From NCBI GenBank assembly GCA_964016885.1, contig OZ024741.1, positions 82,832,001 to 82,896,000 of the forward strand: 64,000 nucleotides of DNA, read 5' to 3'. Every line of letters begins with the position of its first letter. Position 1 is the first letter of the stretch. The DNA comes from Eledone cirrhosa. Its lineage: Eukaryota. This document shows positions 55,831 through 64,000 of the stretch, one piece after another. Below the pieces are notes generated by a model. It ran no database searches and had not been told where the DNA came from. It saw only the letters and a program-made list of their open reading frames with translations. The position numbers and the translations under genes are program-made.

Positions 55831-56605
55831 CGGCCACATTACAGCGTGGACTGTATGTTTTTTTGTCGTGACACCTACACGACCTCATTTGTTTCGGGCT
55901 GGATGTTGTGGTACCAACATAACTTTACATTGAAAGGGGTGGTGTGGATGGGGTGGGGGTAGTGGGACGAATTAAGCCACTCCGAGTATTTTCATTTACC
56001 GAAAGAAGGGGAAATTTATTTTTCCAAGCACTCAAGGTAGGCCCATGCCTCAGGGGGCGCGACGGTTTTTAACCGCCACATAGTACCTTTAACTTACAGA
56101 TCAAATCAGAACTATTAGATATATCAACCTTAAAATGTTAAACTGTTTAACTTTAAATTATCTAATTTTTTTAATATTAATTATTAATTATTAATTTTTA
56201 ACTTCATCCTATAAGTCTAAACAAAAACGTAACGTTTCAATCTTCTGCTCACACATTATAACACACTGACCCCCACTATATTCACCTCTGCTAAGATACG
56301 GGTCGCTGCGAAAATTTTCTCGCGCCACTCCTGGCCTGACTGTAGTCTGACATTAATATTGACCTTTTCTTCCGCTTTCTTCCTATCTTTCTTCTTGTAG
56401 CTATCAACCCTTACTCTTCTACATCTTCCTTTTTGTTCGCCTATATCTGACCGGTAGTAGTTGTTTAGATACGGGTCCCGCAGAATAAAAAAATAAAAAA
56501 TTTCTTCGCGACAATCCTGGCCTGACTGTAATACCGACCTTTCCTCCTCTTTCTTTCTGTCTTTCTTCTTATAGCTGACATTAACCCTAGCGTATTATAT
56601 TTCGA

Positions 56606-56663
56606 ATACCTGATGATATCACCGGATTCATACGGAACCCGGTCATTGAAATGATCATAGTAT
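56606..56663 (+). ncRNA. Type-I hammerhead motif, family E, copy 1
   Basis: atac CTGATGA t-at-c-accgg...ccggt-c-at-t GAAA tgatca TA gtat. Palindromic ATGATCAT stem III. Confidence 0.8.
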
Positions 56664-58892
56664 AATAAACCTTTCAAGGATTTACACAAATCCAGTCTCC
56701 TGTCATTTCATTATAATATTTAACTCCGTAATAGCACCACCAACTACAAAAACAAAGACGGTTGAACTGCTTTACGTTGAGTACTCTCTATATTATTACA
56801 TTACGACTGAGCATACGGAATAGACCAGCTCTATACAGTGGTGAACCACAAACCTGAATAAATAATGCTCCTGAGATGTCGAGCACTTCCAAATGTAATA
56901 ATGAACAGCGGCATGGGACTGAATATATATAACCACCATTCGGACTGTGGCTACTCGGTGTTTTCGCCTACCACCAACCTGGCCCATGGCTACTCCCTCT
57001 CAGATTATTCGGACCTCGACGAAACTCTACGGATTATACCATAATATGTATTGTACTGCACTGTATCAACTGAATTCGCTACCCTATACTTCTGGCCATG
57101 TATAACTCACACTGAATTCCCAGACTCGAACACACACTGACTCCATTTCCACATCTATATGCATTATCTGACTGTAACTTGAACTATATTGTATTTCTCC
57201 TGTGTCCTGAACTATCCATTTACCCGACTCTTGTTTGTTTATCTATATCTTTATATCTTTATTTGCTGTATTAATGCTTTTCCACATATTCTACCTCTAT
57301 ACATCCATGTACTTCTTACTTCCTTTATTCGAACTTTTACTCACTTGTACACTTAGCACACCGCACTGGAATGTCTCCCCCTGGGAACATTAATACTGCA
57401 ACCTGAACTATATTGTACTTCTACTATGTCTTGTTTTCTCCATCTTACTCCAACACCGCTCTTGTTGGTTTATTTACATATTTATATTTATGTATTGATA
57501 TATTTATATATTTATACCTTTGCTTTATCAATGTGCTCTTCCACGTATTCCTCTTCTATGTATCCATGTATTTCTACTCCTCCTATTGGGACTTTTGCTC
57601 ACTTGTACCCATTATTACACGACACTAGAATGTCTCCCCCTGAGAACAAAAATAAATATTACTCGACTATATCCCGTACTCTACATCCCACTAGGATAAA
57701 TTATAGATATACATAATACAATTAACGTCTCTTCATAAAAGACTCTCTTTAATTAAACCCCGCAACCCAAAACCTTATAGAAGTTTTTTTTAAATGTTTG
57801 ATTTTCAATTTTCTGTTTGTTCAATTCTCAATCCTCTTACTCTTTAATTGTATAATGTTATTCTGAATTCCTTCAACTTCATCCTATGAATTTAAACAAT
57901 ATTTTAAAGTTCCAACTTTCTGTCGGACTGTTGGGTGGGTTTTAATGGCGGCGCCCCCTGAGGCAAGGGCCTACCTTGAGTGCTTGGAAAAATAAATTTC
58001 CCCTTCTTTCGGTAAATGAAAATACACGGAGTGGCTTAATTCGTCCCGGAGCGCGGCCGGTTTTTAACCGCCACATAGTACCTTTAACTTACAGATCAAA
58101 TCAGAACTATTAGATATATCAACCTTAAAATGTTAAACTGTTTAACTTTAAATTATCTAATTTCTTTGATATTAATTATTAATTATTAATTTTTAACTTC
58201 ATCCTATAAGTCTAAACAAAAACGTAATGTTTCAATCTTCTGCTCACACATTATAACACACTGACCCCCACTATATTCACCTCTGCTAAGATACGGGTCC
58301 CTGTGAACATTTTCTCGCGCCACTCCTGGCCTGACTGTAGTCTGACATTAATATCGACCTTTTCTTCCTCGTTCTTCCTATCTTTCTTCTTGTAGCTATC
58401 AACCCTTACTCTTCTACTTCTTCCTTTTCTTCCTTCTTTTCTCCCCTCTTTCTGTCTTCCTCCCGCAGACTTATCTTCCTTCCCCCTTTTTGTTCGCCTA
58501 TATCTGACCGGTAGTAGTTGTTTAGATACGGGTCCCGCAGAATATAAAAAAAAAAAACTTCTTCGCGACAATCCTGGCCTGACTGTAATACCGACCTTTC
58601 CTCCTCTTTCTTTCTGTCTTTCTTCTTATAGCTGACATTAACCCTGGCTTCTCCTCTTCTTCCTTCCTCCTTCTTCTCTCTCCTTCCTTTCTTTCTTTCT
58701 TTTGTCTTGTAACTTATGTTCGCATCCCTTTCTGTTTTCCTTTATCTGACCGGTAGTAGCACACTGTGAGCCTTAGCCACGTCACTCGAGGGCGACCGTC
58801 TAAGATAGAGGGTGCAAGATAGCGGTCGCCCTCGGGTCCTCGATTTTCAGCCCCATGGATTTTATCTATTACATTCACGTATTATATTTCGA

Positions 58893-58949
58893 ATACCTGA
58901 TGATATCACCGGATTCACACGGACCCGGTCATTGAAATGATCATAGTAT
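58893..58949 (+). ncRNA. Type-I hammerhead motif, family E, copy 2
   Basis: Same core and stems as copy 1. Differences are confined to the apical part of stem II. Confidence 0.8.
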
Positions 58950-59140
58950 AATAAACCTTTCAAGGATTTACACACATCCAGCCTCCTGTCATTTCATTAT
59001 AATATTTAACTCCGTAATAGCACCACCAACTACAAAAACAAAGACGGTTGAACTGCTTTACGTTGAGTACTCTCTATATTATTACATTACGACTGAGCAT
59101 ACGGAATAGACCAGCTCTATACAGTGGTGAACCACAAACC

Positions 59141-59224
<84 letters not shown>

Positions 59225-59368
59225 TATACACACATGCACACACAGGAAAATGAGAAAGTATATATATATATATACATTCTCATTTTCCTCGGTACAGTTT
59301 GAAAATGTGCTTCTCTTGACTAACAATAACTAAGTAAATGTGATAGCACCGTCATAATAACTGTCCTT

Positions 59369-59495
<127 letters not shown>

Positions 59496-59829
59496 CATGA
59501 AACAAAGTTCTGTTTAAATCATTCATCTGCTTACAATTGTTTCTTCCAAACCTCAGTTTGGAAGAAACAATTGTAGGCAGATAAATGATTTAAACAGAAC
59601 TTTGTTTCATGTATTCTCTATATAACTGCTATGTAAAACAACTGATGTTGTTACATTGAGCTATTTATCTTACCGGTAATAAGATAGTAATAAATTATCG
59701 TCTTTCACTATTTAGGGTATAATATATATATAACTATAAAAGTTTTTAGTATATACATAACCATAAATAGTATCCTTAATCCTATTAACTGCTCCATACT
59801 GTTGAGCTGACATACAATAAATTACCAGT

Positions 59830-62279
59830 ATGCTGATCAAAGACCAACTCCCTTTGTCAACTAAGAACATACCAATACCATCCAAAAATACATATAAAAA
59901 TTATTGATCGACAGAGTAAATTCCTTTATCAATAGAGTGAGATGGAGGACATTCCATTATGATAAAAACAAATCTAACAAGGTTAATAATACTAACAAAT
60001 TTGACTCCTTCGGCTTTAAAACCTTTAGAAGCCCGCCTCATAACACACTACTAAACTCCTTTGAAAATGACCTAATAAAACTAGTTAAGAATATTAAATA
60101 CAAAAAGCACCGTAATAAAAACAACACCTTCTTAAACAAACTTAGCACCTCTATTAATGTTTTCAAAACTAGTAATAAAAGTATTGTACATGCAGACAAA
60201 ACGAATAACATATACAGCCTAGATTATAATACTTACAGAAAGTTTATATATAATGAACTACATAAAAGATACAAGAAAACCACTATGAGAAACTTAGGGA
60301 TATTAATATGGAAGGCTATACTATAGTGTCCAAACTAGGACTCCAGAGACATACACAACCATATACCCCAAACCCCCCTAGATTCTCTCTGAAGGACCAT
60401 AAGGAGGACTTCATTAGCAACCGCTCGATTAGACTTATTTGCCCTTCCAAGTCTGACATTGGCATTATCAGTAAGAAAATTTTAGATAAAATCATCCCAC
60501 AGATTAAACACAAAATATACCTTAAACAATGGGGAAATACAGGTGAAGGGATTGAATGGTTCAAAGATATCAAGGATAGCAAGGATAAAACATTTATTCA
60601 ATTTGATATCAATTCATACTACACCTCTATTTCCCCTATCCTATTAAATAAGGCACTTATCATGGCCATGGACAATAGTGACCTGACTAGACCCCTGATT
60701 GATGTCATACTTGCGGCCCGTAAAACAGTAATCACCTTTGAAGACCAATTATGGACCCGCAAGGATACACAAAACAACTTCGACATAACCATGGGATCTA
60801 GTGACTCGGCGCAGGTCACTGATTTAGTCGGCCTATATTTACTTAACGAAATCCATAAGGACCTTCCATACCTCAACGGTGGTTTGTACCGCGATGATGC
60901 ACTTCTACTTATAGATTATAAAAAAATTAATATAGAAAGAACTAGAAAACTAATGCACAAGACATTCAAAAACTATAAACTTAGTATTACCATGGACAAA
61001 AACACTAAAAACGTTAACTTCCTGGACGCCACCCTCTACCTAGACTCACAGATATATGCACCTTTCCACAAACCTAATGAAAAACTCATTTACGTAGTTA
61101 CCAAGTCTAACCACCCTAGATCTATATTAAACTCTATCTCTAAGGGAGTATCTAATAGAATTTCTAATATATCCTATGACGTAAACATATTTAGCAAAAA
61201 CTCGCAATATTATATTCAGGCATTAGCTAGATAAGGCCATAATATAGAGATCGAGTTCCTACCTACAAAAACACATAGCTACAACATTATTTCGCACATG
61301 TCCATGAGGAAATTTAGTAATAGGAATAGCAACCACACACACAATAATACGGAAGATGCAAACAAAAATAACCCACACCACAGAAATTACCATAGTACCA
61401 TGAAAGGAAACAACTCACCAGACATAAAAAACAGAAATAGAAGAAGAAATAATACATTTTTCAACCCTCCTTTCAATCTAAACGTCTCTACCAACCTACC
61501 TAGGGCTTTCTTCTCACTACTAGATAAAAACTTCCCATCCGGCCATAAGTACCATAGCCTTTAAAACAAAAACACTATTAAAATCTCCTACTCTACTACG
61601 CCTAACATAGCATACCACATAGCTAGTAGCAATAAAAGAAAAATTAATTCTTACTTCCAGCAAACTAAATCACAACAGACGATAAACCTTCAAAATAACA
61701 TTATAGCATCTAACCCTAATATCAATAGAAATAATTGTAATAACACTAGTGTAAACAATAACGCTGGGAACGTCAACCCACATAACCCCATAGCTACCAT
61801 CCAGACATCTACACAACATAATAACCGGCAGACTAACACCCAGAATAATTGTAACTGTAGATCAAATAGAACCTGCCCTTTAGATAAAAAATGCTTAACC
61901 AAGGATATCATATACTCATGCACAGTCACAACTAGCAACTCTTCTGAAACCTATATAGGCTCTACTTCAAACTGCTTCAAAACCAGATACAATTCGCACC
62001 TCCACTCTTTCAAAAAACACAGTCTAGCCAACTCCACTTCTCTATCTAGCTACATACACTATCTAAAAACTAAAAATAAACCATATACACTTAAATGGGA
62101 AGTGATAGGTAACGCGTCATCGTACAAACCACCTAATAAATTGTGTAACCTCTGTCTAATTAGAGACCCATACTATCATCTTCTCAAACCATAACCTCCT
62201 TAATAAAAAATCAGAAGTGTTCGCGTCATGCCAACACCGCTTCCGACACTCCTTCCAAAACTTTAAACCCAGTATATAA
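59830..62279 (+). pseudogene. PLE polyprotein: reverse transcriptase plus GIY-YIG endonuclease (frameshifts and stops)
   Basis: STKNIPIPS, ADKTNNIY, LKDHKEDF, QFDINSYYTSI, MGSSDSAQVTDLVG, GLYRDDAL, SNHP, FFNPPFN, CNCR...CPL...IIYSC...YIGST...FKTRYNSH, CNLCL, LNKKSE. Confidence 0.92.
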
Positions 62280-63744
62280 CAATGTCAGACTTGAACCAGT
62301 CACCACCTCTAGCAGTAATCGTCAGGACATACCTTACACCTCATCTCCACACCCATTAATCCTCTTTAGCCCAAATAGTGACATCCTCCTAGTACCTTTT
62401 ACCTTGGAGATATCCCCATGTACTTCTACTTTTGGTATATTGGCCTTCAACTGCTTAGACTACATTACACCAATGTACACTTTAAGCAAGGAATTGGTTG
62501 TGCTAACATTGTCCTGTGTATGTAGTGCCATCATTGGATAAATGGAAGATTAAGTAATTAATTTATTAACATAAAAGAGCTATACAATCTATATGCTGAG
62601 TGCAATGAATTATGTACAGGTGATGTACGAGTTATAAATACATGTATGACTTGATGGTCAGATCAGTGTCTTTGTGAGTGAGAAGTGATCTCAGGACTAC
62701 CCTAGTGATATTTAACTTTGCCATGCAATCAGACATGCAGTGACCCAGAACTTACCAGGAGTCATATATTGAAGTGATTCTAATAAGACCCTGCCAGGTC
62801 CTGCGGGTAGACTACACTTACAAAGATCACTGATTTGGAGATCTGATTCTTCATGTGGAATGTTCGGTGGGGGCACTCTATGATAAAAGGTATTCATCCT
62901 AATATGAACACCTTTAGTACTTCTCGATAGAATACACTGTAATTTATAGATAAGATACTTAAATTTAGAAATTGTTTATAACCTTATATGATGAGAACTC
63001 ATTTGAGACACAATTAATGCACTTTAGGATAATAAATTTAACTATAGAAATCAGCTAGTTACCTCCCCTTACGCATTACCTCCCCTTAATCACACACACA
63101 CTTCCGGAATATAATACGATGTCATCTCTCACAACAAAAACAACCTGATCTATGAATCGAATTAAGGAACGACAAACTGTGATGTTCCACCATGGTTCAC
63201 CAGGCACTCAATGTTGTATCATCGTGGATTGTGTGATGGGCATGTAGTCTATAAATTGCGTTTCCTGGATTGTGAGAGTGGTGTTGTGTACGAGGACAGT
63301 GGTGCTGCTTTGCTTCTCATTTGTAATATTTTTAATATTTTTGGTGTTTCTGCACACACGGGCTTCTATATCGTACAGGTGTGTGTAAATAATGTTTAAC
63401 CAGTTCACCCCCATGATGCTCTTGCCTGCTTTGACTGCTTGTTTTACTTGTAACAATCTGCCGCACTATAATCTTGTATAAATAGGACACGCGTGCATGC
63501 CACAGGTGTGACTATTGCATACACTGACTACTCCAAACTTTCCTTTTGCTTTATGTTATTTGACTGCCTATGTTTTATTTTAATTTTAATGTTGTCCTTT
63601 AATATGACTGTAATCTATGTATGTAAATTACCATGCTACATGATTATAATGGATGTCAACCCACTGTGGGTCAATATATACATATGTTTCTATATGTCTC
63701 TTGTGTTGAAAAGGAGGTCAAGTATGTTAAAAATCACTGAATAA

Positions 63745-63793
63745 TTGCTCCAAAGACTCCAAACCTCGGTTTGGAAGAAACAATTGTAAGCAG
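63745..63793 (+). ncRNA. Minimal type-I hammerhead motif, family F (core decayed or variant: CCAAAGA)
   Basis: ttgct CCAAAGA c-tccaaac-ctcg-gtttgga-a GAAAC aatt GTA agcag. Palindromic ACAATTGT stem III. Confidence 0.65.
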
Positions 63794-64000
63794 ATAAATG
63801 AGTTAAACAGAACTTTGTTTCATGTATTCTCTATACAATTGCTCTGTAAAACAACTGATGTTGTTACATTGAGCTATTTATCTTACTTGTAATAAGATAG
63901 TAATAAATTACTGTCTTTCACTATTTAGGGTATAATATATATATAAATATAAAAGGTATTAGTATATACATAACCGTAAATAGTATCCTTAATACTATAT

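Larger units (their letters stand above)
55964..59145 (+). mobile_element. Non-autonomous element with long direct repeats, each carrying an HHR (family E); retrozyme/PLE-like
   Basis: Direct repeats 56063-56860 and 58058-59145. 55964-56060 is the inverse of 57951-58047. No RT or endonuclease ORF between the repeats. Ends in (TA)n. Confidence 0.85.

Noticed and set aside
56063-59145. LTR retrotransposon interpretation of the long direct repeats
   Set aside because: No TG...CA ends, primer-binding site, polypurine tract or gag-pol seen. The HHR, 5' inversion and TA end fit PLE-type pseudo-LTRs.

Overview
AT-rich eukaryotic (animal) repeat-dense DNA with no recognisable intact host gene, rRNA, tRNA or CRISPR. 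The microsatellite load and the SINE/LINE types suggest a cephalopod, probably Octopus (inference). Most listed ORFs are translations of (TA)n/(CA)n/(TATG)n tracts. Retroelements: decayed Tx1/L1-type LINEs (one near full length, 43.5-48.7 kb), R4/Dong-type and CRE-type fragments, RTE LINEs and an RTE-derived bipartite element, tRNA-derived SINEs, and three Penelope-like elements (PLEs, RT and/or GIY-YIG). DNA elements: MITE-like inverted repeats and a non-autonomous Helitron. The main observation is about 10 type-I hammerhead ribozyme (HHR) motifs from six different repeat families, read by eye. Three families sit in PLE pseudo-LTRs. Three sit in apparently non-coding retrozyme-like units: a 432-bp unit, a 2.3-kb HHR-to-HHR unit, and an orphan family. 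Five families carry a non-canonical U.U or C.A pair at the base of stem II, and two 5' fold-back palindromes turn at or inside the ribozyme. PLE hammerheads and animal retrozymes are known classes; whether these families and this core variant are new needs database searches. Boundaries are approximate and no computation was run.
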